A program made the position numbers and the translations under genes. The notes beneath the pieces were generated by a model. The model did not search any database, was not told where the DNA came from, and saw nothing but the letters and a program-made list of their open reading frames with translations. From Candidatus Latescibacterota bacterium (GTDB taxonomy: Bacteria > Latescibacterota > UBA2968 > UBA8231), in contig OY730476.1 of assembly GCA_963422735.1 (NCBI GenBank), forward strand, positions 1,408,001-1,472,000: a stretch of 64,000 nucleotides of DNA. Direction: 5' to 3'. Numbering within the stretch: the stretch's first letter is position 1; the number at the start of each line of letters is the position of its first letter. Below, in pieces: positions 19,183 through 30,455 of the stretch.

Positions 19183-21551
19183 ATGAACATGCGTTCTGCT
19201 TGATTGCACTGGCCTTCTCTCTGGCGGCCATTGCCGCCCCCGCCCAACAAGCCCCATCCGCAGCCGACAGGACCCTAGCACCCTTCTTCTTCGTCGATAC
19301 CGACGATCCGTCAGTGGACCAACTGCCGCCCAAGTCCACATTGCCGGGGTCATCGCCGACGTGACCATCGAGCAAGTATACCACAACGAAGGCACTCGCC
19401 CGCTCGAAGCTGTGTACATATTCCCGGCCTCGACCCGGGCCGCAGTGTACGGCATGGTGATGCACACCGGCGACCGCGAAATCACCGCCGAAATCCGCGA
19501 GCGCGAGCAGGCCCGTCGGGAATACGAAGAGGCGCGTGAGCAGGGGCAGATCGCTTCCCTTCTCGAACAGGAGCGCCCTAACGTGTTCAAAATGAACGTG
19601 GCCAATATCCTACCGGGCGACTCCATTGCCGTGCGCTTGTCTTATACGGAATTATTGGTACCCACGGAAAAACAGTACGAATTCGTCCTGCCCACCGTGG
19701 TCGGCCCGCGCTATTCCCCCGAGGTTGTCAATGAAATTCTGGCCCCGGGCGGGGCCGAGCGCATTCCCTACCTGCACGAAGGCGAAGATCCCAACTACAC
19801 CTATGCGATCGAGATGAGCTTGGCCGCCGGCCTGCCTATCCAGGCCTACGACTGCCCCAGCCACGTAGTAATCGTTGAGCAGGACGCCCCGGAGGAATTG
19901 CGCCTGACTCTCGACCCAGCGGACGGTTTTGGCGGCAACCGCGATTGCATTCTGCACTACCAGCTAGCTGGCCAACAGGTCGAGTCGGGCCTGCTGTTGT
20001 ACGAGGGGGAAGAGGAGAATTTCTTTTTGTTCATGGCCCAGCCGCCCGCCCGTCCAGAGCCAAACCAGATCCCACCGGACGTATCCGGCTCCATGCGCGG
20101 CTTCCCCTCACAGTATCAAAGGGCCTAATGAGAAACCTGCTTGGCCAATTGCGCCCCGAGGATCGCTTTAACATCGTGCTCTTCGCCGGCAGGGCCGCCG
20201 TCTTGAGCGACCGGTCGCTGCCGGCCACTCAGGAGAATATTGACCAAGCCTGGGCCTTCATTGACGGTCAAGACGGCGGCGGCGTCACCGAGTTGCTCAC
20301 CGGGCTCCACCAGGCTTTCGGCCTGCCTTTGGCCGGGGAGGGCTATGCCCGCATCGTCGCGGTAGTCACCGATGGTGCCGTCGGCTTTGAAGCAGCCGCC
20401 TTTAAGCTGGTGCGCCAGCGTTTGGACCAAGCCAGCCTCTTTGCCTTTGGCATTGGCTCGTCGGTCAACCGCTTCTTAATCGGGGCCTCGCCCGAGCCGG
20501 CCAAGGCGAGCCTTTTGTGGTCATTGAAGAAGGGAAGGCCTCCGACGAGGCCGCCCGTTTCCAAGCGTATATCAGCACCCCCATCCTCACCGAGGTGGAG
20601 GCGGGCTTCGACGGCTTTGACGCCTATGCGGTGGAGCCGGCCTTCATCCCCGATATGCTAGCCGCCCGGCCGATCACCATCTTTGGCAAGTGGCGCGGCG
20701 CGGCCGCGGGCACTGTGCTGTTAGGAGGGCGCACCGGCGACCAAACATACAGCGCCCAATTCGACGTATCCGCCTTCCAAGCCCAGCCTACCAACAGGGC
20801 CTTGCGCTATTGGTGGGCCCGCCACCGCATCGACCAACTCAGCGACGATGAACGGGCCAGTCGCAGCGACGCCCTGCGTCCCCAGATCACCCAGCTAGGC
20901 TTGGACTACAACCTGCTCACCGAGTACACCTCGTTTGTCGCCATCGACCGCCGCATCCGCAACGAGGACGGCCTAGAGACCGTGGAGGTGCCTTTGCCTC
21001 TGCCCAAGGGCACCGAGGACTCGGCCGTGGGCGATGTGTTTGGTAATGCTGCGGTGGAGGGCGAGTTTGAAATGGCGACTTGGCTCGGCCGGTCTTTCTA
21101 CCGTCAAGACGCGCTGTGGATCGATGTAGCGTTTCAGTTGGGTATGCCCATCGTCGAGGTTGGCTTCGATGCTTCAAGCCCGGACGTGCTCGCTCCCTTT
21201 GTTGGGTTGGGGCTGGATATGGTGGTGGTGGTTGAGGGACAAGCGTACCGGTTGCGCGCCGAGGCCGCCCGCCCCTTCTTGCAGCAGAACGCGCCCAACC
21301 CCTTCAATGCCTCCACGGTCATCCCCTTCCAAATCCCCGCCAACATGGCCGGTCCCACGCGCTTGGTCATATACAACTTAACCGGCCAGACCGCGCGCGT
21401 ACTGACCGATGGCCATCTTGCGCCTGGGGCGCATGTAGTGGCTTGGGACGGCAGGGATGGGAGAGGCCAGGACGCGGCCAGCGGGGTCTATATCTACCGC
21501 TTGGAAGGCCCCTCCTTCGCCATCACCCGCCGCATGTTGTTGCTGCGGTAA
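19183..21551 (+). pseudogene. VIT + vWA + FlgD-Ig C-terminal protein, multiple frameshifts
   Basis: VIT (LEAVYIFP, ASLLEQERPN), MIDAS DVSGSM, VTDG, QNAPNPFNASTVI...WDGRD...ASGVYIYRL split over at least four frames. Confidence 0.85.
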
Positions 21552-21745
21552 AATCAGTGCTGGAAGGGCCGCTCGCAACTGGATGTGCGTCCGGCCGCGG
21601 GCGGCCTATCGAGGGTGGGGTCCAAAGCTTTGGTTCCTCTGTGGCGGGTCGGACCGACCTATTCGAATTGCTGTCTGCTCTGGCTGACCGCCTTGCCCTT
21701 GCCCCGAATTAAGTCTCTCTGTGCGCGATAAGATGAGCGGGTTGC

Positions 21746-21806
21746 CTTAGAGGTCCTAACCAAACGCCCGGCGTCGCGCGCTGGGCGTTTGGTTAGGACC
21801 TCTAAG
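21746..21806. repeat. 61-bp palindrome with 24-bp perfect arms (collapsed IS/MITE or terminator-like)
   Basis: cttagaggtcctaaccaaacgccc ... gggcgtttggttaggacctctaag. Confidence 0.8.
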
Positions 21807-21837
21807 TTGCGCTTCACGACAGCCGACATCATCGAGA

Positions 21838-21866
21838 TTGACCGCTTCTGGGCAGGTATCTATTAT
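21838..21866 (+). promoter_or_regulatory. Sigma70-like promoter
   Basis: TTGACC-17 bp-TATTAT upstream of the Kelch gene. Confidence 0.55.
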
Positions 21867-21952
21867 TGCAGCTCCTGAGCACTGAAACCCTCCTCCTACA
21901 TACCTTGATAAACAACAGAAGATGTACCATGCAAACGAAGAAAGTTGGCCAC

Positions 21953-23810
21953 AATGCTGCTTGATTCCATCCCACTCCGATCTCTCTATCGAATAGGTTG
22001 CCTCATGGTCATTTCCGCCTCACTTGCCGCGGCCGACACTTTGCACGAGGGCCTGCCCGATGGGCCGGGCCTTCTCTTCGACGATCTCGATGGCCGGATC
22101 TATGTCGCCGTCCTTGGCTCTGAGGGGATCGTCGTCCGCAACGCCTCTGACGACGCCGGCACTTGGGATACCCTCGGCGAGGGGCACGTCCAGGGCCTGC
22201 AGATTGCCCCCGACGGGGATGCGTGGATGGCCCTCGACGACGAGGTTCTGCGCTACCCGCGCCAAGGGGGCGAGCCGGTCTCCCGAACTCCCTCATTCCT
22301 TCTCCAAGGGTCGCCGGGATCGTTGCTGACGACTCGCTGGGGCGATGTCTGGTGCGCCGGATGTGGTGCCGTGCGTCGGGGCGATGCGATGTTCGAGTCC
22401 GCGCCTTTCTCCCCACTCGGATGGGAGATCACGCCGGTGTGCGACGACCCCTTCGGCAACGTGTGGGCTGTCGCCGAGGACGGCCAGCGGCGGGATATAG
22501 CCGTTCTGACCGATCGACACCCTCACGGCTGGCAGCGCCTCGGCTTGCCTGCGGATCAACTCGCTGGCTCTTGGCAGGGTGCCGTCACCGACGACGCTGG
22601 TTTCGTCTGGGTGGCCTTGGAGACCGCCGTTCTGCGCGTCGATCCTCGCTCGTCCGATCCTCGCTCCTTCGCCAACCCCAGCGATGCCCGCATCACTGCA
22701 ATAGCGCGCGGTGGCGGTCAAATCATAGTCGGCTTTGCCGATGGCAGCCTGCGCGAGCTAACCGTGGATGCCGCCGGTCCGCCGGCTTGGCGGCTGGTCC
22801 AGACGGGAGAGGACGGTCCGGTGCAGGCACTGCTGCATGCCCGGTCCGGCAGCCTCTGGGTGTTGAGGGCGGGGCGGGTTCAGCGTCTCGCCGACCTTGA
22901 GAGTCCTTGGCACGAGCACTGGGATGAGCAGCCGCGGATGCCGGCGGGCAACCACGACCACATCTTTGCCCGCATCGGGGACCGTCTGTACACCGCTGGG
23001 GGCAAGACCTTCTTCGGCTGGCCGGCATCGGAGTGGGTGAACCTCGACAACGTGTGGTCCTACCACATCCTCTCGGGGACTTGGCGCGTGGAGCCACCTA
23101 TGCTCGAGCCGGGCAAGGCTTACTCCGGCATCGCCGTCCTCGACGACGAGCTATGGCTTTTAGGGGGTCTCTTCCGCGCCGATGGCGGGACGCAGGCGAC
23201 GGCGACCGTCGAAATTTTCGACCCCCACACGCGGCGTTATCGCCTCGGCCCGCCGTTACCTCGCAAAGCAGGCCAAGTGGTGGCCCTCACTGTCAACGGC
23301 CGGTTGTACGCCGTGGGCGGTGCCGACGACGAAGGGCCGACGGCAGAGGTTCTGAGCATCGGAGCTGGGGAGACGAGTTGGCGGGTTGACGCCCCTGCGC
23401 CCGGCCCAGTGTTTCAGGCTAGCGGCTGCGTGCTGAATGGCAAGCTCTACATCGCCGCAGGTACCTCGTCCCAGTGCCTAGGTCTATTCGTCTATGACCC
23501 CGAGCAGGATAGCTGGAGCCAAATCGAGCACCCGTCGCGGCCTCCCAGTGCTCCTCTATGCACGGCTTTCGACGGCAGCGTCTGGGTCATGGGAGGGCGG
23601 GGGGCCGATAGCGGCCAGACGGCGGCCTTTGCCTACGTGCCGGATACCGGCCAGTGGCATCGCGGCCCCGACCTGCCCCTACCGGTTAGCTGGGCGGCGG
23701 CGGCTGTTGTCAACGGTCGTCTGCTGATCGCCGGTGGTGCCTACCGCGACGAGCGGGTCGGCGACTACTTCAACAGCGACCGCGTGTTCCTGCTGCGCGG
23801 CACCAAGTGA
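21953..23810 (+). CDS. Two-propeller protein with C-terminal Kelch repeats
   Basis: LYTAGG, LWLLGG, LYAVGG, VWVMGG, LLIAGG Kelch motifs; N-terminal DxxGxVW repeats; probable signal peptide. Start uncertain. Confidence 0.8.
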
Positions 23811-23998
23811 TCCTCCTAGACTGCGGCCGGTCCTGTGGTCATCGGCTAGGTTTGCAAGTGAAAGATGGAATTGCGCTGATGCCTCGGCCCGAAAACAGGT
23901 CGAATAGATCGTTGACATCGCACGCCTGCCGATGGATTGGAACCTTTCGATAGTAGGAAAACGACTCATACATATCGGATTACATGATTGAAAAGTCC

Positions 23999-25000
23999 AT
24001 GATTATATCTCGAATAGTCGTACACCAGCCCGCTGGTCTGTTGCGCATTCTGACCGACGCGGGCCTAGAAGGTCGCTGTACCGGTGTTGCAGCCACGGTT
24101 GCCGGGGCCGACGTGGCCGAGGCAGCCGCCATTCTCATCAATGCAAATCCCGTCGATCGCGAACGGATATGGCAGGCGTTCAACGAAATGGACGGAAGGC
24201 TTCGCGCCTGTATCGACGTCGCACTGTGGGACCTCACGGCCAAGGCCGTCGGCCAGCCGATTCATCGGCATGTCAACGGCTTTCGCAACCGCATTCCGGT
24301 TTGCAGGAGGGGTTCGGAGCGCAACTCGGCGGAAGAGATCGTCGAGGAAGCGCAGGAAGCACTGGGTGAAGGTTTCAGGGGGTACAAATTCGACGCCCTT
24401 TTGGACGAAGAATCGCTCATCAACCTGATACGCGACATGCGCAGGGCCGTAGGACCGGATTTCTGCCTGTTACTCGACGGCCGGACGCGGTGGATCATAG
24501 ACAAGGCGATACGGATCGGCAGGGTGCTCGACACCGCGGACTTTTTCTGTTTTGACCAGCCACGGCCCGACAACGATATGTCCGGAGGCAGGCAGGTAGC
24601 CGCCGCGATAGATACCCCGATAAGCATGGGGATTTCCAGTCCCATGGAAGCGGCCCAAGTCATGGCGGCCCAAGCGGCCGACCACGTTCGCACCGGGGTA
24701 ACCCGGGCCGGCGGCATGACGAATGTGCTCAAGGCCGCCCGCTGTGCCGAAGCCTTTGGAGCCTACTGCCATCTGGACGGTTTAGGGATATGCGACGGGT
24801 TCGCCCATCTGCATCTCGCGGGCACCATTCGGAATACGCCCTTTCTCGAAGTATCCGAGGGACCTTCCTCTGCGCCGTTCATCGGGAATCCGCCGCAGAT
24901 ATGCGATGGTTACATCGAGGTTCCCGATGCGCCGGGACTGGGCATGGAGATAGACATGGACATCGTCAACAAGTACACCACAGAACTGATCCAGAGCTGA
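23999..25000 (+). CDS. Mandelate racemase/enolase superfamily protein (degenerate active site)
   Basis: IDVALWDLTAKAVGQP, VPDAPGLGMEID. Confidence 0.85.
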   Translation: MIISRIVVHQPAGLLRILTDAGLEGRCTGVAATVAGADVAEAAAILINANPVDRERIWQAFNEMDGRLRACIDVALWDLTAKAVGQPIHRHVNGFRNRIPVCRRGSERNSAEEIVEEAQEALGEGFRGYKFDALLDEESLINLIRDMRRAVGPDFCLLLDGRTRWIIDKAIRIGRVLDTADFFCFDQPRPDNDMSGGRQVAAAIDTPISMGISSPMEAAQVMAAQAADHVRTGVTRAGGMTNVLKAARCAEAFGAYCHLDGLGICDGFAHLHLAGTIRNTPFLEVSEGPSSAPFIGNPPQICDGYIEVPDAPGLGMEIDMDIVNKYTTELIQS

Positions 25001-25030
25001 GGCTGACCGCCAACCGATTCAGGATGCCCT

Positions 25031-26224
25031 ATGCAGATTCGAGATATCAAGTGTTATCTATTGAAGGGTGAACCCGCGACGCGGCAGGAGAGTTGCCGGA
25101 GTAGAGGAAGCATCGCCCCCGTGCCGCCGGGTATCTCCGGGCTGCTTACCCACGACCAAGGATTCGGTGCCGCCGATCCCGAGGGATTCGCGTTCTCCGG
25201 AGAAGAACCCGAACCAACGTACCGCCTGATGCTCCGGCTCGTGACGGATGGAGAGTTGGATGCATATGCCGACTATGCCACGGGTTTCGATCCCCGGGAA
25301 CTGGAATGGCAGGCCAAGGCATTCTTGGCCCGGTATGCCCACATGCTCATCGGCGTAGATGCCTTCGACCGGGAATACATCTGGCAGCGGTTCTGGATGG
25401 CCCAGCGGTTCATGTACACGGGAAGGGGACTGCTCGACACTATTGACCGGATGTTGTGGGACTTGGCGAGTCGCTGTGCTCGCCTCCCGATCTACAAGCT
25501 GCTGGGTTCCTGCCGCGAAAGCGTACCCGCCTACTGCAACGTTGGCGGCCGGACCATTGACGATTTGGTGGCCCACGCGGTGAAACGCGTGGAAGAAGAG
25601 GGGTTCATCGGCTGCAAGGATCACTCTTACCGAGGGGTGAAAACCAATGGGGAGATGGCCGTAAAGATGCGGGAGGTGCTGGGCGACGATATCATGCTCT
25701 TTCACGATCCCGTCGAGTCGTACATGTTCGAGGAGGCTGTGAAAATCGGACGCATACTGGAGAAGTGCCGCTACAGGTGGATCGAAGAGCCGCTGCAGGA
25801 CTACGATATCATGAGTCTGAGGAAGCTGTGCGACGCCCTCGATCTTCCGGTTCTAACTCTCGAGTGGATCGGAGCCATCGGCGGACAGCCCTACAATGCG
25901 GCACCGTACTTGGCATTACAGGCCGCTGATATCGTCCGGCAGCGGGGCATCGGCATCACGGGCCAAGTCAAACAGGCCCAACTGGCCGAAAGCTTCGGGG
26001 TCGAGGTACACGGTGGCGATCCCCAAGTCATCTTGGCTGTTTGCAACGATCCCGTCTTTGAAGCCATGGGACTGCAGCCGCGTCCTCCCGAGGAGGAACT
26101 GGACTGCCGGGGTGCGCTCGTCGTAGAGAATGGTGCCATGTCGATAGCCTGGAGCGACCGTCCTGCGGCGGAACCAGACTGGGACGAGGTGGCCCGGAGT
26201 GCCGTTGCCGTCATTTGTAATTGA
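25031..26224 (+). CDS. Mandelate racemase/enolase superfamily dehydratase
   Basis: LWDLA...LPIYKLLG, KDH, HDP, WIEEPL, TLEW. Confidence 0.85.
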   Translation: MQIRDIKCYLLKGEPATRQESCRSRGSIAPVPPGISGLLTHDQGFGAADPEGFAFSGEEPEPTYRLMLRLVTDGELDAYADYATGFDPRELEWQAKAFLARYAHMLIGVDAFDREYIWQRFWMAQRFMYTGRGLLDTIDRMLWDLASRCARLPIYKLLGSCRESVPAYCNVGGRTIDDLVAHAVKRVEEEGFIGCKDHSYRGVKTNGEMAVKMREVLGDDIMLFHDPVESYMFEEAVKIGRILEKCRYRWIEEPLQDYDIMSLRKLCDALDLPVLTLEWIGAIGGQPYNAAPYLALQAADIVRQRGIGITGQVKQAQLAESFGVEVHGGDPQVILAVCNDPVFEAMGLQPRPPEEELDCRGALVVENGAMSIAWSDRPAAEPDWDEVARSAVAVICN

Positions 26225-26232
26225 AGGGTATT

Positions 26233-26865
26233 ATGAGCAAGATCAAAACAGCGGTGATAACCGGACAACATGCCTTTGATGTGCCGGGATTTCACGCATT
26301 GTTCAGGAGTATTCCCGAAATTGATTTTTATCTACAGGATTTAGAGAACTTTGCGGCAGATGCTGGCAAAGTCCGAGCGCGGTATGATGTCCTCGTATTC
26401 TATAACTTTCATCGGCAGACGCCAGACGAGGGGAGAGTCAGGGAAGCCATTGAGCAACTGGGTGAAAATCAGGCGGGTATATTGGTGTTGCACCATGCCA
26501 TCCTTGCGTTTCCGCAGTGGCAATTGTGGTCGGATCTGTGCGGCATTCAAGATCGCAGTTTCGGTTTCAAGATTGACCAAAACCTGCATGTTGACATCGT
26601 GGCTCCGCAGCACCCGGTCCTCCGGGGATTGACTCCGTGGGAAATGGTGGATGAGATTTATACCATGGCGGATCCGCGGGATGGCAGTGACTTGTTGTTG
26701 ACCACCGATCACCCCGATAGCATGAAAACGCTAGCGTGGGCTCGACAGTACAAGAACGCTCGTGTGTTCTGTTGTCAGCCAGGTCACGACAATCAGGTCT
26801 TTGCTGACCCAAATTTCCGCACGGTTGTTTCGCGGGGAATTCGGTGGCTGGCGGGAAGGATCTAG
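26233..26865 (+). CDS. ThuA-domain protein
   Basis: ITGQH, LHHA, DEIY, AWARQY..RVF..PGHD. Confidence 0.85.
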   Translation: MSKIKTAVITGQHAFDVPGFHALFRSIPEIDFYLQDLENFAADAGKVRARYDVLVFYNFHRQTPDEGRVREAIEQLGENQAGILVLHHAILAFPQWQLWSDLCGIQDRSFGFKIDQNLHVDIVAPQHPVLRGLTPWEMVDEIYTMADPRDGSDLLLTTDHPDSMKTLAWARQYKNARVFCCQPGHDNQVFADPNFRTVVSRGIRWLAGRI

Positions 26866-26879
26866 GGAGGGAATGGTCA

Positions 26880-27830
26880 ATGCGCACGTTGAGTATTCAG
26901 GGCTTACCTGATAAGAGAAGGCATAAAGTCCTCGTCCATGATTGGCCCGAGCCGGAGGGCCCAACTGGTAACGAAGTCAAAACCGAAACGATCTACTCCG
27001 GGATAACAAACGGCACGGAACGAAATCAACTGATTGGCGGAAACTACGCTCCCAAAGATGAACAACTGCCCACCGGTGGAGGCGGCTACCAAAATGTGGG
27101 ACGGGTGATTGGGGTGGGGCCCGATGTCAGCGAACTACAGATTGGAGATGTGCTGTATATGAGTGCCGTCCATGCAGAGTACGTCGTGATGCCAGAAGAT
27201 GCCTTACTCATCAAGCTGCCTGACTCGATCGACCGCAAGGAGGCTGCGCTTTTCGGGATGACCAGTGTCGCCATGCGCACCTGCCGCAACGCCGAGTTGA
27301 AAATGGGCGAACGGGTGTTGATCGTGGGGGCTGGCATCATCGGTCAGGTCGCCGCACAAATTGCTACCGGCATGGGAGCGTGCGCTACCCTTTGCGACAT
27401 CAGTGCCAACCGTCTGGAGATTGCCAAGCAGATTGATGCGGCTGAAGCCGTGCTGAATGTTGCAGGGGACGGATGGGAAAAAGAGATCGCTGACGGGACG
27501 TTCGATGTGGTGATTGACTTTGCCGGCGTACCGGGCATGGAGGACCAACTTATCAGTGCTTTGCGTCAGTGCGGCAGGGTTATATTCATCGCTGGACGAG
27601 ACAAAGTGACCTATACCTTTAACCTCGGTCAGGGACGCGAGATCCAGCTAAAACAAAACAGTCATTTTGATCGCGATGATCTACAGAATCTGTGTCGTCT
27701 GGTCGATCGAGGGTTGGTGAAAATTGCGCCCTTAATCCGCGATGTCGTCCCGGTGAGTGAAGCCAAGCGTATATATGATACACTGCGGGATACACCCAAT
27801 GAACTGTTGGGGACGATATTTGTATGGTAA
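26880..27830 (+). CDS. MDR-family (zinc-binding-type) dehydrogenase
   Basis: SGITNGTE, GYQNVGRV, GAGIIG. Confidence 0.87.
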   Translation: MRTLSIQGLPDKRRHKVLVHDWPEPEGPTGNEVKTETIYSGITNGTERNQLIGGNYAPKDEQLPTGGGGYQNVGRVIGVGPDVSELQIGDVLYMSAVHAEYVVMPEDALLIKLPDSIDRKEAALFGMTSVAMRTCRNAELKMGERVLIVGAGIIGQVAAQIATGMGACATLCDISANRLEIAKQIDAAEAVLNVAGDGWEKEIADGTFDVVIDFAGVPGMEDQLISALRQCGRVIFIAGRDKVTYTFNLGQGREIQLKQNSHFDRDDLQNLCRLVDRGLVKIAPLIRDVVPVSEAKRIYDTLRDTPNELLGTIFVW

Positions 27831-27853
27831 GCTAATTTGGAACCCATGACGTT

Positions 27854-28288
27854 ATGGTTGATCCACCTTCGCACGAGCCGGCCGGTTACTGCTGCCCGTT
27901 CTGTGCCATAGCAGGCGGCGCGGAATCCGAATTCACTGCGTGGCGCGACGAGCATGTTCTGGTGCAGATTTCGCTGCACTGGAACCCAGTCAACCCCGGC
28001 AAGGCACTGGTGATCCCGCTGGTACACTTTGAGAACATCTATACACTGCCCAACGAGCTGGCCGGCCGCATTGCCCACATGGTGACCGGGTATCCCAGCG
28101 ACGGCGTGACGGTGCGGCAAAACAACGAGCCGGCCGGCGGCCAAGATGTCTGGCATCTGCATACGCACGTGATCCCGCGATACACCGGTGATGAGAAGTA
28201 TCAGGGAGTGCCCGTGCGGGCCGACGACCGCGACCGTACGCGCTATGCGTCCCACCTACGCGAGCTTCTCCGGCAGAGTGCTGGGTGA
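27854..28288 (+). CDS. HIT family hydrolase
   Basis: CPFC, GQDVWHLHTHVIPRY. Confidence 0.88.
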   Translation: MVDPPSHEPAGYCCPFCAIAGGAESEFTAWRDEHVLVQISLHWNPVNPGKALVIPLVHFENIYTLPNELAGRIAHMVTGYPSDGVTVRQNNEPAGGQDVWHLHTHVIPRYTGDEKYQGVPVRADDRDRTRYASHLRELLRQSAG

Positions 28289-28307
28289 AGTGCTTCAGGC
28301 CAATTCC

Positions 28308-28696
28308 AATGGAAATCGTCAGAGCAGAACTCGCTGAACTGAACAAGCGGCTCATTGAGGATGGACGTGGCCCAGCTCACCCAACGGATGAAAGAATGGC
28401 TGGCAACCGGATACATCTGCTACCTAGTGAAGCAGAACGGGTGCATTATCGCCTACTGCTTATATAGGGATGACGATGCACGCTACTAATGCGGCAATTG
28501 TACGCGAGCAGAGCGAGCACATCGTCGAAGAGGCATCGCTAGGCAGTTGCTTAATTGGTTGTACGAGAATGCATGGATGGACGAGAAAGTCAGATTGGAC
28601 ATGCTCGCCCACAACGCGGATGCTGTTGCCTTTTACAAGAAATATGGCTTTCGCATCGGCGTCTTCAGACATGGAAAAATGAAGAGAGCATCTTGA
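28308..28696 (+). pseudogene. GNAT acetyltransferase, broken
   Basis: LAELNKRLIED / QRMKEWLATGY...Y* / HRRRGIARQLL...NADAVAFYKKYGF. Confidence 0.7.
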
Positions 28697-28797
28697 ATGA
28701 TCACAAGTAAATACTTCGCAAACCATGTCCTCACCACGCTACAGCAGCATCTGGCTCCGGGGGAAATGGCAGCGGGCGAGGTGTCCGGTCAGCCTCT

Positions 28798-30147
28798 TCA
28801 GGGCGCGACGACCCGCTTGAGTCGATCTTCGAAGTTGTCGCTCATCCTGTATATCAATCTACGTCTGCCCGTGTACTTGACGATGAACCCCATACTGTCG
28901 AGGGCACGGAGGTCGGTGCGTGCCGTCTCGTATGTGACGTTGTGGGATCGCCGGTGCCCATCTATGGTGTACAAGGCGTCCGAATGCTTGAGCATGTGCC
29001 CCAACAGGGCCACTTGGCGATGATTTAGCACCAATGCCGTATCGGAACCGCGGAGCATGGCCTCCAATCTGCTCGTCTCTTTGGTCTTGCGCGTCAAGTA
29101 CAGGTGCAAGAGGCGGATCGAGCCTAGGATCACTCTCAGGTTGTAGTCGAGGAAATACGTGACGTCGTTGTCGTCGATCTCAGAGAACACGTACGCACGG
29201 ACGTACTGAGCGGGTGCCTTCCGAATGACCGCCGAAATGGAGAGGAACTCGGTCAGCCAGTACCCCGATCTCGCCATGGACCAGTAGAAGAGTACTCTTG
29301 CGGTTCGTCCGTTTCCGTCTACAAACGGATGGTCGTAGCCGACCATGAAGTGAAGGAGGATGGCCTTGAGGACCGGATGCAGGAATTGGTCGTCCTCTGT
29401 GCGTCCATTGGCGAAATCCAAGAGCAGTTCGACGCGGTCGCTGAGCTGACTGGCGTCCGGGGGCGTGTGATCGACCTCGCCGTCGCGCTGGTCCACCACA
29501 GAGACCAAGTCGGTTGGCCGCCGGAGCCGCCCGACCGCATCCGGATCGAGCGTTTCTTCCGTCAGGGTCCTTTGCAGGTCCATGAGAATGGGGACTGTCA
29601 GTTCTTCGGCGACGTTCTCGCGTATAAACTCCATTCCCAGGTAGTTGTTGACGATCATCCGTTCGCTATTGTCGCGTGGCGGGCGGCCCGATCTCAGCAA
29701 CTCCTTGGCAACCCGGCGGATCGTGACGGCACCCTCTAGCTGACTTGAAGTGATCGCCTCTTCGATCAGAGAACTCATCAGATACCGTTCTTGGGAGCCG
29801 CTGTTGACCACATCGACATGGGGGGCCTCGATTCTCCCGCTCGCATCCCGATCCACCTGATGGAGCCGGCGGTACAGGTTCCCCGTGTCGCTGAATGAGA
29901 ACGGCCTGCCGCGAGTGTCCTTGAATGGCAGCGAGTGCCGCGAAACCATGCGCTTGAACTTGGTGGCAGTCCACCAGTCAAGGCTCGTAAACCCTTCCGG
30001 AGGGGGCAGATGACGAAGCTTGTCCTAATGCAGGTACCTGTCCTTGGGCAGGCTGCCAATGTCCGATCCCAGCAACTTGACCAAGTCATTTGGTTTGTAC
30101 GACGAGAATAACTCGCTGAAAAGCTTCGGGTTTTTGGGCATTCTCAT
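28798..30147 (-). pseudogene. Fic-family protein with C-terminal HTH and one in-frame TAG
   Basis: HPFVDGNGRTAR; the frame extends to ATG 30147 (MRMPKNP) through YLH*DKLRH (TAG at 30025-30027). Confidence 0.85.
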
Positions 30148-30212
30148 GGCTGAAGTCGCGCTTACATCTGATGGCGTGAACTGCTACGCTCAGGTGATGA
30201 CGAAATACCAAT

Positions 30213-30243
30213 TAATTACTGATCTGGGTCAAATTAGTAATTA
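30213..30243. promoter_or_regulatory. AT-rich inverted repeat, candidate operator upstream of fic
   Basis: TAATTACTGATCTG-ggt-CAAATTAGTAATTA (12/14 paired). Confidence 0.5.
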
Positions 30244-30455
30244 GCACAAACGACGGTCCTGTGCGACGGTTGGGGTCGCGCGGAACCGAGCGATCGGCCC
30301 TGCGGTCATCGGCTGGGGTGGCTGACCTTGCTAGCTCCAAGTGTTTGCCGCCGAGGTCAGCCCGTGCGCGGTCTATGGCGATCCCCTGAGGATCCTGACC
30401 GCCCGGACCGACGTTACTAGTGGGCCGCTGTGTCATAACAGCGAAGGCCTCCAAC

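Noticed and set aside
30025-30027. Pyrrolysine or recoded TAG in fic
   Set aside because: TAG is used as a normal stop throughout the window; a TGG-to-TAG mutation is simpler.
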